Source: Candidatus Hermodarchaeota archaeon (GTDB taxonomy: Archaea > Asgardarchaeota > Lokiarchaeia > Sigyniarchaeales > SOKP01). From it: 40,272 nucleotides of DNA. The notes beneath the pieces are model-generated. The model did no database searches, had not been told where the DNA came from, and worked only from the letters and a program-made list of their open reading frames with translations. Location: positions 7,118 to 47,389 of the forward strand of contig JBHLLP010000027.1 of NCBI GenBank assembly GCA_048885525.1, in the 5' to 3' direction. Shown piece after piece: positions 10,588 to 19,580 of the stretch (positions are counted from its first letter, which is position 1; each line of letters opens with the position of its first letter). The position numbers were made by a program, and so were the translations under genes.

Positions 10588-11427
10588 TTATGTTGGACTA
10601 AATACTCCAGCAAATACTAACCATGCTAGAAACGTTTTAGATACAAGGCTTAAAAGTTGATACACTCTTTCACCGTATAAATAATCCTTCCACTTTCCTA
10701 CTCCTTTATATTGCAGTATCATATTGATAGCGAATGTGTTAAAGAAAAATAGTTCGATTCCGTAAATCAAATAAACAAATAATGGTACTTCCCCTCCAAT
10801 GGTTTCAGTACTTATAAAGTATGCTGTAATAACAATCCAAGGAACTGCTCCAGCAATAACACCTAAATAATAAGGACCCCATTTAACTTTCTCATTCTTT
10901 TCTCTCGTATATACATTATATAGCTCCATCATTAGACCAAACATATTCATCAGTGCATTTAATACAAAAATCATAAACAATGACCAGAAATCCCAGACTC
11001 CAAAGAAAATAGCTATTAAAAAAATCATCACTGAACTTGAAAGTGCATACTCAAACCAACGTACTATATTTATTCCCTTTTTTAAATTTCGGACATAACT
11101 TTTATTAAGTGGATAGGCAATTAAGAGATGGGCGATAGCAGACATCAATAAGAAGGAACCAACAAATGCCCCTAAAGCACTAAAGACAAAAAGTACTGCA
11201 GGGTTAGGCGAAATAATAAAATCTGGACCAACAAGTTCAAACTTAAGGTAAAATGTGTAAATGTCTCTGGAAAAGGCAAGTTGAGGTAAAAAACCAAATA
11301 AAACCATGAGTAATCCTTGTACTAAATGTAAAATGCCCATATTTCTATTGAATTTTTTTAGATATTCAAATGAAATTGGAGATTCAGGTATTAGCCAACC
11401 TTCTTCTTTTTTATCGATAGAGTTCAT
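10588..11427 (-). CDS. heR: Heliorhodopsin
   Basis: 7 TM; LHLVQ (His), AIAH (His), RWFEYALSSS counterion motif, ERVYQLLSLVSK with the retinal-binding Lys. Confidence 0.95.
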   Translation of the reverse strand: MNSIDKKEEGWLIPESPISFEYLKKFNRNMGILHLVQGLLMVLFGFLPQLAFSRDIYTFYLKFELVGPDFIISPNPAVLFVFSALGAFVGSFLLMSAIAHLLIAYPLNKSYVRNLKKGINIVRWFEYALSSSVMIFLIAIFFGVWDFWSLFMIFVLNALMNMFGLMMELYNVYTREKNEKVKWGPYYLGVIAGAVPWIVITAYFISTETIGGEVPLFVYLIYGIELFFFNTFAINMILQYKGVGKWKDYLYGERVYQLLSLVSKTFLAWLVFAGVFSPT

Positions 11428-11767
11428 AATTAAAAATATTGAAAATTAGGTTTTAACTTATGCCTCTCAAAATTATAAATTTATTTTATAATATTCCTTA
11501 AAATTTAAAAAAAAAAAATGAAATTAATTAATAAAATATTTAAAAATTAATAATTTATCTCCAGATTGCTAATATCATACCTGGAATCAAGAAACCTACA
11601 AGATAAAAACCATATTCTAATAAAAAAAGTTTTAAACCTCGATCTATAAAATTATTTTGATTAATTATTTTGATTAATAGCATTTATAAATTTTAAGAAT
11701 TATATAATTAAAGAATATTCATTTATTCTTTATTTAAAATATAAATAAAAATTACAGTGATATCAAA

Positions 11768-12244
11768 TTGAAGGATAAATTCAATTTAGTCGGTACAAAA
11801 ATCTCTGAGTTTAGTTTACCAAACTCTAGAGGTGAAACAGTCAATATCAGAGATTTAGAAAATGCAAAAAATGTAATAATTATATTATTTAGAAATATCA
11901 ATTGACCCTTTTGTCGGTGGCATGCTGCTAGATTAAGAAGAGACATTGAAAAATTTGAAAAATTGGATGGATATTTGTATCCAATCTTAGTAGATAATGA
12001 AGAAAATGCTCAAAAAATGGAACTGAAATATGCAAGAAAGTATGCAGTTTTTTATGATGAATCAGAAAAGGTTGCTACTATGTTAAAGCAAGAAAAAAGG
12101 TGGATTAAACTAGGTCGTATGCCAGGTTTATTAGTAGTTGACAAGAAAGGGATTATTAGATACGCATATTATGGGAAAAATATGCACGATATTCCAGAAA
12201 ACGACGAAATTTTACAAGTTCTTGAAAAAATTAATAACAGATAA
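11768..12244 (+). CDS. Peroxiredoxin-like (AhpC/TSA, thioredoxin-fold) probable selenoprotein, 158 aa, in-frame TGA at 11903-11905
   Basis: TTG start with AGTGA upstream. MKDKFNLVGTKISEFSLPNSRGETVNIRDLENAKNVIIILFRNIN-U-PFCRWHAARLRRDIEKFEKL continues in frame into track ORF 11963-12244 (..RMPGLLVVDKKGIIRYAYYG..). The TGA occupies the first Cys of the CPxC motif. Confidence 0.85.
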
Positions 12245-12314
12245 TGATTTGGTGGGAATAAAATAATAAAAGCGAGATTTTATTCTTTAAAGTTAGCCAC
12301 GCTTTTCCAAATCA
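12245..12314 (+). other. Structured 3' UTR, candidate Sec-recoding (SECIS-like) element
   Basis: TGATTTGG(12245-52)/CCAAATCA(12307-14), GAATAAAAT(12256-64)/ATTTTATTC(12277-85) and AAAAGCG(12268-74)/CGCTTTT(12300-06) are perfect complements directly after the stop codon. Confidence 0.45.
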
Positions 12315-12367
12315 AAATTTATTTTTTAAAAAGAAGTTTTGTAATACCTTAATAATTTTTATAGGTA

Positions 12368-13249
12368 TCAACTTATATAACGGTCAAGAAAATTACGCAC
12401 TACCGTAATATATTTCTCATTTTCTTCAACAAACGTCATATGACCACAATTCTCAAATATCGCTAGTTCTGCATTCTGTACACCACTGGCAATGGCTTCT
12501 GCAGCCTTTACTGAGCACACTCGGTCATGCCGACCAACCATAACTAACATAGGAAAAGATACAACTTTTAAACTATCTAGGACTTCAATCCCCCCATATT
12601 CTTCTTGTGCAAAATGACGAAGTATTTTTGGGGAGTATCTTGCTCCTGAGCTACGATTTTCGTATTCTTGCATTATTGGGTCGCGTGGATTAGCAAAGTG
12701 AAAAGGCATTTGATCTTTAAGTAGAGATTTTACATCCTCTTCCGTCTCAACGGTTTTTTCCTTTTCCCAGGATGCTGCAATTCTTTCTCTTAGTTCTTGT
12801 GGTTCTAATACCTCCAGATTATGTTCAACATGTTTAAGAAATTTTGATGAAGGAAATCCGCTTGAGATAATTGTTTGAATATTTTGATCAGGAAAATCAA
12901 CCGCGTTCTGAAGAGCTACAAGCGCACCAAATGAGTGTCCTAAGATCGCATAATTCTCGAGGTTCATTGCTCGTGCTAGAGAAAAGACATCTTGCGCCAT
13001 TTGCTTCAACGTCCATGTGTTTTCTGGAGTCAGATCTGAACGACCTTGACTTCGTTGATCCACAAAAATTAATTTGTATTTATCTTTAAGGGGATCGAGA
13101 TAATCTCCAAACATATGATGATCCAATCCTGGTCCTCCGTGGAGTATCAACAAAGGATAACCTTGTCCACGTTCCACTATATAGAGACGTGTATCTTCAA
13201 TAGATACATATCTACCTCCAGGTTTGTTTTCCAAATTAATATTTTCCAT
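12368..13249 (-). CDS. Alpha/beta hydrolase, proline iminopeptidase-like
   Basis: HGGPG oxyanion motif, DQRSQGRS, GHSFG nucleophile elbow, GRHD acid, CGH catalytic His. Confidence 0.85.
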   Translation of the reverse strand: MENINLENKPGGRYVSIEDTRLYIVERGQGYPLLILHGGPGLDHHMFGDYLDPLKDKYKLIFVDQRSQGRSDLTPENTWTLKQMAQDVFSLARAMNLENYAILGHSFGALVALQNAVDFPDQNIQTIISSGFPSSKFLKHVEHNLEVLEPQELRERIAASWEKEKTVETEEDVKSLLKDQMPFHFANPRDPIMQEYENRSSGARYSPKILRHFAQEEYGGIEVLDSLKVVSFPMLVMVGRHDRVCSVKAAEAIASGVQNAELAIFENCGHMTFVEENEKYITVVRNFLDRYIS

Positions 13250-13296
13250 CTTTCTAACTCTCTTAGAATAAAATATATTAAATGTTTAAAATATTT

Positions 13297-13770
13297 TTAA
13301 ATTGATTTTAGCCCAATTGGAGTTCCTAATTGTTTGAATTTATACACAAGTTGATCTTTTGCTGTAAAAACGTCCCAGTCTTGAGTCTTTTCAAAACCAT
13401 GTACAGATAAGAAATTTTTTGAATATCTGTGTATTGCTGAATTTGCCATTTGATACATAACTTCTTTTTTTAATTCATTATCAGTAACTAATTCTAATTT
13501 TCCTTGTATTGATATAAAATAATAACTACTTAAATCTGGTTCGAAATGCTCAATTGATATACAAATATTTTGATTTTTCGATAGAATTTTTTTCTTTTTA
13601 CCATAATCTGTAAAGTGGAAAAATAAAACGTCATTAATACAGACGTATTGAAATGGAGCAATATAAGGATAAGCATCATCAATAAATGCGATTCTGCATA
13701 AAGAATGTGAATTAATTGCTTCCTTGATTTCTTTTTCTTTCATCTTAGGTAATTTAATAATAGTCATCAA
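13297..13770 (-). CDS. Pyridoxamine 5'-phosphate oxidase-like flavin-binding split-barrel protein (NimA-like)
   Basis: CRIAF..YPYIAP..FFHFTDYGKK..NQNICISIE..SIQGKLE pattern. Confidence 0.8.
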   Translation of the reverse strand: MMTIIKLPKMKEKEIKEAINSHSLCRIAFIDDAYPYIAPFQYVCINDVLFFHFTDYGKKKKILSKNQNICISIEHFEPDLSSYYFISIQGKLELVTDNELKKEVMYQMANSAIHRYSKNFLSVHGFEKTQDWDVFTAKDQLVYKFKQLGTPIGLKSI

Positions 13771-13799
13771 ATATTACCCACTTTTTTTCTTTAAAAAAT

Positions 13800-14723
13800 T
13801 TATCGCTTATTATTAGGAAATTTTACTAGATTTTGATTAAATCGAATATCATCAATTAGATATTTCATCGCAACTAATGCACTTTTTTCTTTATTTTTGA
13901 TTTCTAACATTAAATCAAAATTGAAATTGCTTGTTTTTATTATAAAGCTTTTAAAATGATTTATATCGATTTCGTTTGCATGTCTATATTTACCCTTATC
14001 TGGGTGTTCTGAACTGTAATGAACAATTGGTAAACCATCGCTTTTTTTCCAGGTTTTAATAACAAATTCTACAGCCCGTTCTAATGGTTCTCCTTGATTG
14101 TAACAATCATGATGATATGAGTCGAAAACAATTGGGATATCTGTAGACTCATTAATTAATAAACAATCCTTCAGCTGATAATTTTTTTCATCATTTTCAA
14201 TAACATAATGATTTTTTGTACTTTCATTAAGTTCTTCGTATCTTCGTATAAACCGTTTAATACTTTTTTTCTTATCACCATATACTCCTCCCACATGAGT
14301 GATTATTTTCGCATCCGAATCTAAACCTAATAATTCTAAAACCTCAACATGATATTCTAATTCTTTTAAACTATTTTGAACCACTATATCATTTTTTGAG
14401 TTAATAACAGTATATTGACCTGGATGCATCGTGATTCGCATTGAGTTCTTTTTTATATAAGCACCGAGTTCTTTAAATTGTGATTTAAAATATTCTTGCC
14501 AATTAAATTTCATGACTGGGTGAGAAGCAAAAGGAATTAAATCTGAAGTAATTCGAAAAAATAAAAGTCTATTGTAATTATTAAATTCTAAGATTTTAAG
14601 TAAACAATTCAAATTATTTTTAATCGTCTCTATAAGTCTTTCTTCTGAATAGCTTTTCAACCGAAAAGTTCTGCTACTTCTACAATCTAAAGTTAAATTT
14701 ATACAAGGATATCCAATTTTCAT
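13800..14723 (-). CDS. uvsE: UV DNA damage endonuclease UvsE/UvdE
   Basis: KIGYPCIN, FRITSDLIPFASHP, RITMHPGQY, HVGGVYG, IENDE, VFDSYHH, VHYS, DLMLEIKNKE. Confidence 0.95.
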   Translation of the reverse strand: MKIGYPCINLTLDCRSSRTFRLKSYSEERLIETIKNNLNCLLKILEFNNYNRLLFFRITSDLIPFASHPVMKFNWQEYFKSQFKELGAYIKKNSMRITMHPGQYTVINSKNDIVVQNSLKELEYHVEVLELLGLDSDAKIITHVGGVYGDKKKSIKRFIRRYEELNESTKNHYVIENDEKNYQLKDCLLINESTDIPIVFDSYHHDCYNQGEPLERAVEFVIKTWKKSDGLPIVHYSSEHPDKGKYRHANEIDINHFKSFIIKTSNFNFDLMLEIKNKEKSALVAMKYLIDDIRFNQNLVKFPNNKR

Positions 14724-14740
14724 TTAATTAAAAAGATTGT

Positions 14741-15541
14741 TTAATTCAACTTAATAATGGAATTATAAAATTCTGTTCGACGGTCCTTGATTAAATTATT
14801 AAACTCATTTAATTTTTTATCTCTAGCTTTCTGAATATCAATTTCTATAATATCAACATAATTTTTTTCATCAGGTGCAGATGATAAAATTTCACCGTTA
14901 AATGATGTTATTTGACTTCTACCCGTAAATTTAAAATGATCCTCTCCTCGCTTTTCTTCACCTATTCTATTTGAAGTTATAGCAAATACCCGATTTTCTA
15001 AACATCTCGTTACCATAGCCTTTTGGCAATACGGAAGGACTAAGTTTGCAGGATGAGCAATAATATCAGCGCCTAAAAGGGCAAGGATCCGTGCGGTTTC
15101 CGGAAAAATCCAATCAAAACAAATCATGATACCTACTTTAACCCCATTTAAATCATATACTTTTAAAGGTTTGTTTCCTGGAGAAAACCATAGTTTTTCT
15201 TTATAATATAAATGCATTTTCCGATAAGAGCCTATTACTCCTTTTTTTGATACTATCATTGCGGCATTGTATATTTTTTCTCCTTCTTTTTCGATAAATC
15301 CACCAATAGCTGTTGATCCCGTTGATCTGGCAAGATTTAAAAGAAATTGAGCGGTTTCACCATCTTGATTTTCTGCTAAAGATACTGCTTCTTTTTTAGA
15401 AACAAAAGCATAACCTGTAGCAAATAATTCTGGTAAAACAATTAAATCTGCTTTCAAATTTGATGTAACGATTTCAATTTCTTTAAAATTTTGCTCTTTG
15501 TTTCCAAAAAATGGAGAAGTTTGAATATAACCAACTTTCAT
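14741..15541 (-). CDS. Carbon-nitrogen hydrolase (nitrilase superfamily)
   Basis: Catalytic triad motifs VLPEL, YRKMHL, ICFDWIFPE. Confidence 0.92.
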   Translation of the reverse strand: MKVGYIQTSPFFGNKEQNFKEIEIVTSNLKADLIVLPELFATGYAFVSKKEAVSLAENQDGETAQFLLNLARSTGSTAIGGFIEKEGEKIYNAAMIVSKKGVIGSYRKMHLYYKEKLWFSPGNKPLKVYDLNGVKVGIMICFDWIFPETARILALLGADIIAHPANLVLPYCQKAMVTRCLENRVFAITSNRIGEEKRGEDHFKFTGRSQITSFNGEILSSAPDEKNYVDIIEIDIQKARDKKLNEFNNLIKDRRTEFYNSIIKLN

Positions 15542-15588
15542 TTTTCATCAAATTTAAGATTTTAATAAAATATTAGAATTGATTTATA

Positions 15589-16437
15589 TTAATCAATTTT
15601 AGTTTCCTTATCTTTACGTACTGTGTATAATTCTTCAAATCTAACTTGTGATTCTATTTTCTTCTCTTCTTGTTTTTTTATAATGTCTTCTAAACCATCC
15701 TCAAGAAATACATTTTTTTTAAATTTTTTTGCTGGAGCACCCAAATAAACCCAATTTTCTTCAATTTCTTGACCTACTGTAGTCATAGAATGCCCAGCTA
15801 AAATTGAATTCTGTTTCATATGTGTTCCGGGCATAACAACACTTTGAGCCCCAATTACCACATTATCTTCAATAATAGTTTTTCTTATAATAAACAGATT
15901 TCCGACTATAATTGCTGATTGGATAATAGCACCTTGTCCTACTACTATATTTTTACCAAATTCAATAAACTCTGTATCAACCCAACCTTCAAATAAAGAA
16001 TTAGAATAAGTAGTTTTTACACCAAATATTTTAGAACAAATATTATCCATAAAAGGAAAAGGAAACTTATGTGAAAGCCATATTGGCCATTTTTTTATAG
16101 TACATCTCAAGCTCCAATATCTATAATCTTTATCTGATTGATTTCTTAAAAACACACCTTCTCGAGGTTTATGAATAAGATTAATAATTACCAAAATTAA
16201 TTTAGCAAAAATTAGAGATACTAATATTGATGTTAAATACATTAAAAAAACTAAAAGAGGTAAGAACAACAAAAAGTGAATAAATTTTGGCTCATAAAGT
16301 TTCCAAAACACCCAAAATTCAAATTGAATCGAAAAAATACTAATCCAGATTAGAAAGACATAAAAGATTAAATATCTTTTCTTTGCTAAGATAAGAGTTG
16401 TATTGGGTCCTACTTTTAGACTCGAAGGAACTGACAT
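15589..16437 (-). CDS. Membrane LbH acyltransferase-like protein, module C
   Basis: Paralog of 1741-2691 (MSVP..VGP.TT, HKPREGVFLR, SNSLFEGWVD, EDGLED). Confidence 0.85.
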   Translation of the reverse strand: MSVPSSLKVGPNTTLILAKKRYLIFYVFLIWISIFSIQFEFWVFWKLYEPKFIHFLLFLPLLVFLMYLTSILVSLIFAKLILVIINLIHKPREGVFLRNQSDKDYRYWSLRCTIKKWPIWLSHKFPFPFMDNICSKIFGVKTTYSNSLFEGWVDTEFIEFGKNIVVGQGAIIQSAIIVGNLFIIRKTIIEDNVVIGAQSVVMPGTHMKQNSILAGHSMTTVGQEIEENWVYLGAPAKKFKKNVFLEDGLEDIIKKQEEKKIESQVRFEELYTVRKDKETKID

Positions 16438-16442
16438 TTTCT

Positions 16443-17333
16443 TTAATCTCCTAAATTATTATTAATAAATTTTTTCTTATCTTCATCAATATTAACTTCT
16501 TGTTTAACTTCATATTTTATTTCATCATCTACATGTTTCTCATAGATAATATCTCTTCGTTGTTCAGCATATTTATTGGGTTTTAGTTTCCTAGCATAAT
16601 GAGGACCTAAGTAAATCCAACCAGGTTCAATATTTTGGTTTGGAATTGTTGCTGAAAATGTCCCTATAACAGATTCTTTCCCTATATTCGTACCGGGAGA
16701 TATAAGTGATAAACCTCCCACAACAGAATAATCTTCTAGTATAATCTTTTTAATTATCAAATACTTTCCAACAACCATTGAGCTCATTACAACAGCTCCT
16801 TGACCTACAGTAACATTTCTACCAAATTCAATAAATCCACCATCTGCCCACGCATCTTGCATATGACTAGAAAAATCTACTTTAATATTCATCCATCTAA
16901 AACCCCACATAACGATCCAAGTTATTGGTCCATTATTCATAAACCAAAAAACTAATTTCTTTAATTCTACTCTTAATCTCCAAAATTCATAATCTCGGTC
17001 ACCTTTTTCAGCTCTAAAAACCCCCTCTCTAGGTTTATGTACCATATTAATTATAAGAATGAAAGCTTTAGTAAAAATCGCAATTCCAAAGACGAAAATG
17101 AAATACAATACGAATAGCCATACAGGGATTAAAAATATATTAATATACCATTGTATATACAGTGAGACGTCGAAAAATACAGCTACGGTCATATATCCTG
17201 AAGCCCATAAGATAGGGATATATAATGCAAGGAACTTATACCCAATTTTACTTATTGCACTTGTAGTTACAAAATCAATAGTATAATCTACTTTGTTCTC
17301 TTTAATTTTTTCGTTTCTAATTTTAGAGCTCAT
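16443..17333 (-). CDS. Membrane LbH acyltransferase-like protein, stand-alone module B
   Basis: Matches the C-terminal half of the AB fusions (DFVTTSAIS, KPREGVFRAE, KPNKYAEQRRD, VNIDEDKK). GTGAG upstream of ATG. Confidence 0.85.
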   Translation of the reverse strand: MSSKIRNEKIKENKVDYTIDFVTTSAISKIGYKFLALYIPILWASGYMTVAVFFDVSLYIQWYINIFLIPVWLFVLYFIFVFGIAIFTKAFILIINMVHKPREGVFRAEKGDRDYEFWRLRVELKKLVFWFMNNGPITWIVMWGFRWMNIKVDFSSHMQDAWADGGFIEFGRNVTVGQGAVVMSSMVVGKYLIIKKIILEDYSVVGGLSLISPGTNIGKESVIGTFSATIPNQNIEPGWIYLGPHYARKLKPNKYAEQRRDIIYEKHVDDEIKYEVKQEVNIDEDKKKFINNNLGD

Positions 17334-18246
17334 TTAGTTTTTTCTCACTTTTTCTTTTTCTTTTCTTCAATAAGTTTAGTCTTTCATTATATTCTTCCGC
17401 CCTTTTCAAATCTTCCTGTGAGATTTGTAAGTATTCCATAACCTTTCTTTTAAAAATCTTTCTTAAAGGCGTTCCATAATAGAAGTTATTTCCTTTCATA
17501 ATATTATACTTAGTTGCTCCTGTCATAGGCAACCATATAGAATTATCTCCAGTTTGTACTCCTGGTGCGAAACAATTAAAGCCAGCAGTAGTAACATTAT
17601 CTCCGATTTTCACTTTTGCAAATGAAATGTTACCGAAAACTCCATCTACAGAATGTGAACTAATACCTGGATTTGTCCCAATGTAAGAATTTTCCCCAAC
17701 TTCTACAAATCGATCACCAGCAACTTGTTCTTCAATAACCGAACCTTTACCTATTGTATTAGTACCTACGAAGTTAAACATCCACTTTAATAACCAGGGA
17801 AATGGACCACGAGAAAATGCATTTTTAGGATATTTGATGATAAAGCTACGAAAATGATAATAATTCAATGTCTTACTAGGTATATTTCGCGGAATGATTC
17901 CAGATTTAGATGGAGATCTTTTTTCTGAGAAATTCCAAAACCATCGAGAAATTAACGCTACAATAATTAAATGTAGTAAATAACACCCTATTAATACAAA
18001 CGGCATTGTTAAAGAGGCAATAAGAGAAGGTAAATTTGTAAAAAGAGAGATAAAACTCTCAACTTCTAAGAAATTTGGTAAATAGAATAATAATATATAT
18101 AGCATAAAAATGATCCCTGGTATTAAAAAAGAGCAATAGTAAATAAAATAGAACAAGGGTAACCATAAATTCAATTGCAATCGAATTTCTTCCTTTATAA
18201 GTTTATTTTCTGAGTTGTTAGTTTGATCTGAACTTCGAGATTCCAA
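17323..18246 (-). CDS. Membrane LbH acyltransferase-like protein, stand-alone module A
   Basis: Matches the N-terminal half of the AB fusions (SPSKSGIIPRNIPS, SSHSVDG, YYGTPLRKIF). Confidence 0.85.
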   Translation of the reverse strand: MESRSSDQTNNSENKLIKEEIRLQLNLWLPLFYFIYYCSFLIPGIIFMLYILLFYLPNFLEVESFISLFTNLPSLIASLTMPFVLIGCYLLHLIIVALISRWFWNFSEKRSPSKSGIIPRNIPSKTLNYYHFRSFIIKYPKNAFSRGPFPWLLKWMFNFVGTNTIGKGSVIEEQVAGDRFVEVGENSYIGTNPGISSHSVDGVFGNISFAKVKIGDNVTTAGFNCFAPGVQTGDNSIWLPMTGATKYNIMKGNNFYYGTPLRKIFKRKVMEYLQISQEDLKRAEEYNERLNLLKKRKRKSEKKLNEL

Positions 18247-18319
18247 TTGTTCTCACAAAAGTTAATATTTTCTCTAATCTGTTCTATATTTTTATGATTT
18301 TTATTTATATACTTTTAAG

Positions 18320-18346
18320 TATTTAAAAATTTTCAGATTAAAAATC
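18320..18346 (-). promoter_or_regulatory. Putative TATA box plus upstream inverted repeat for the A/B/C operon
   Basis: + strand TATTTAAAAATTTTCAGATTAAAAATC, conserved at 23296-23322. Minus strand gives a TTTAAATA box. Confidence 0.55.
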
Positions 18347-18413
18347 ATAAGATTGTTAGAAAAAATCAATAAAATTATTTTGAGTTTTGAATTTTTTTTT
18401 TGAAGAAAAGAAT

Positions 18414-19511
18414 TTAATCCTTGTCGTAGAATACTCTTTTAAGAAGAGGTAAGTTCTCTACAGGAGCGATATTATTAATTGGGTTTGAAGTTATGTCTAA
18501 AAATTCTAGATTTATCAAATTCTGTAAAGCCTCTATATTTTCTATTTGATTATAATGTAGATTTAACTTTTTTAGATTTTTCAGTTCAGCTAATTGTTCG
18601 ATATTATGAAGGTTTTGAGCCTCAAGGGTTAAACGTTCTAAATTTTTGAGAGCCTGTATCCCTTCCAGTGATTCTATACCGTTATTATATAATTCCAACT
18701 CATTAAGGTATGGTAACTCCTGTATTCCTTTGATCTCAAGGATTTGTTTACATTTAAAATCTATAATCTTTAGCCATTCTAAGTAATACAAATAATTTAA
18801 TCCTTCGATTTCATGACAATAACATTTCCTTCTTTTATCAACACGTTCTATTGTAATATATTTTATTCTTCTAAAATGTGTAAAGACCTGGCCTTCATAC
18901 CCTATCTTACACTTGAAATTTTGTTTTAGCTGTTTTAACGCTATTTTTTGAAATAACACTAACAAAACTCTCTTTTTGATTCCTTCATCATACTGAATAA
19001 TATCTTCATATTTTAGATTTAGAGCAGTTTCTAAATCATCCTTTGATAATGGATTAGATATTGCAGCAATAGGTGATACATGCATAAGAGAGTGTACAGT
19101 ATCATAGAGTTCTCGATTTATTGCTTGGTGTAATAGGTCAAGGTAATCCTCTTTTGTGAATGTGAATCTAATGATGTCCCAATATGTACGCTTAAAATCT
19201 AATATACATCTTTTAACTTCTTCTTTGAAAATCGAGATAGCTTTTTCCTCTTTAGCATAAAACAATCGTTCAAGAAGATCTATAGTTTTTTTGTACCTCC
19301 TTGGTAAATCGTTTGGAAGTGATTCTATTCTATAGTCGTTATCATACCATTTTTTTAGATCAGTACAATGCTTGTTAAATAATTCTATAGAAGGAATGGA
19401 GTCGTCATATTTTTCTATTTTTTCCTCATTGATATATATCCAAGTTTCATTATTTTCAAATTTAAGAGAGAGAGCATTATTAATTTTAAATTCTTGAGAT
19501 ATAATCTTCAT
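18414..19511 (-). CDS. Leucine-rich repeat protein
   Basis: C-terminal SDS22/internalin-like LRRs (LNELELYNNGIESLEGIQALKNLERLTL, LKKLNLHYNQIENIEALQNLINLEFLDITSNPI). Confidence 0.9.
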   Translation of the reverse strand: MKIISQEFKINNALSLKFENNETWIYINEEKIEKYDDSIPSIELFNKHCTDLKKWYDNDYRIESLPNDLPRRYKKTIDLLERLFYAKEEKAISIFKEEVKRCILDFKRTYWDIIRFTFTKEDYLDLLHQAINRELYDTVHSLMHVSPIAAISNPLSKDDLETALNLKYEDIIQYDEGIKKRVLLVLFQKIALKQLKQNFKCKIGYEGQVFTHFRRIKYITIERVDKRRKCYCHEIEGLNYLYYLEWLKIIDFKCKQILEIKGIQELPYLNELELYNNGIESLEGIQALKNLERLTLEAQNLHNIEQLAELKNLKKLNLHYNQIENIEALQNLINLEFLDITSNPINNIAPVENLPLLKRVFYDKD

Positions 19512-19580
19512 TAGGTTATTAATATTTAAAGAAATTCAATTTTATAAGAATTTAACAGTTCCTTTTATTTAAATTTTATA

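Noticed and set aside
11963-12244. 93-aa ORF as a stand-alone gene, or the locus as a nonsense pseudogene
   Set aside because: It is the C-terminal part of a Prx-like frame starting at 11768. The single TGA falls precisely on the catalytic Cys position and there is no other decay.
12344-12368. ATACCT/AGGTAT hairpin as a separate ncRNA
   Set aside because: Only 6 bp, between convergent genes; at most a terminator-associated structure.
17323-17345. Programmed frameshift or sequencing error re-fusing A and B at A-rich junctions (also near 22299-22330)
   Set aside because: In both copies a TAA lies immediately before B's ATG in B's frame, so upstream slippage would terminate. The same arrangement in two diverged copies argues against error.
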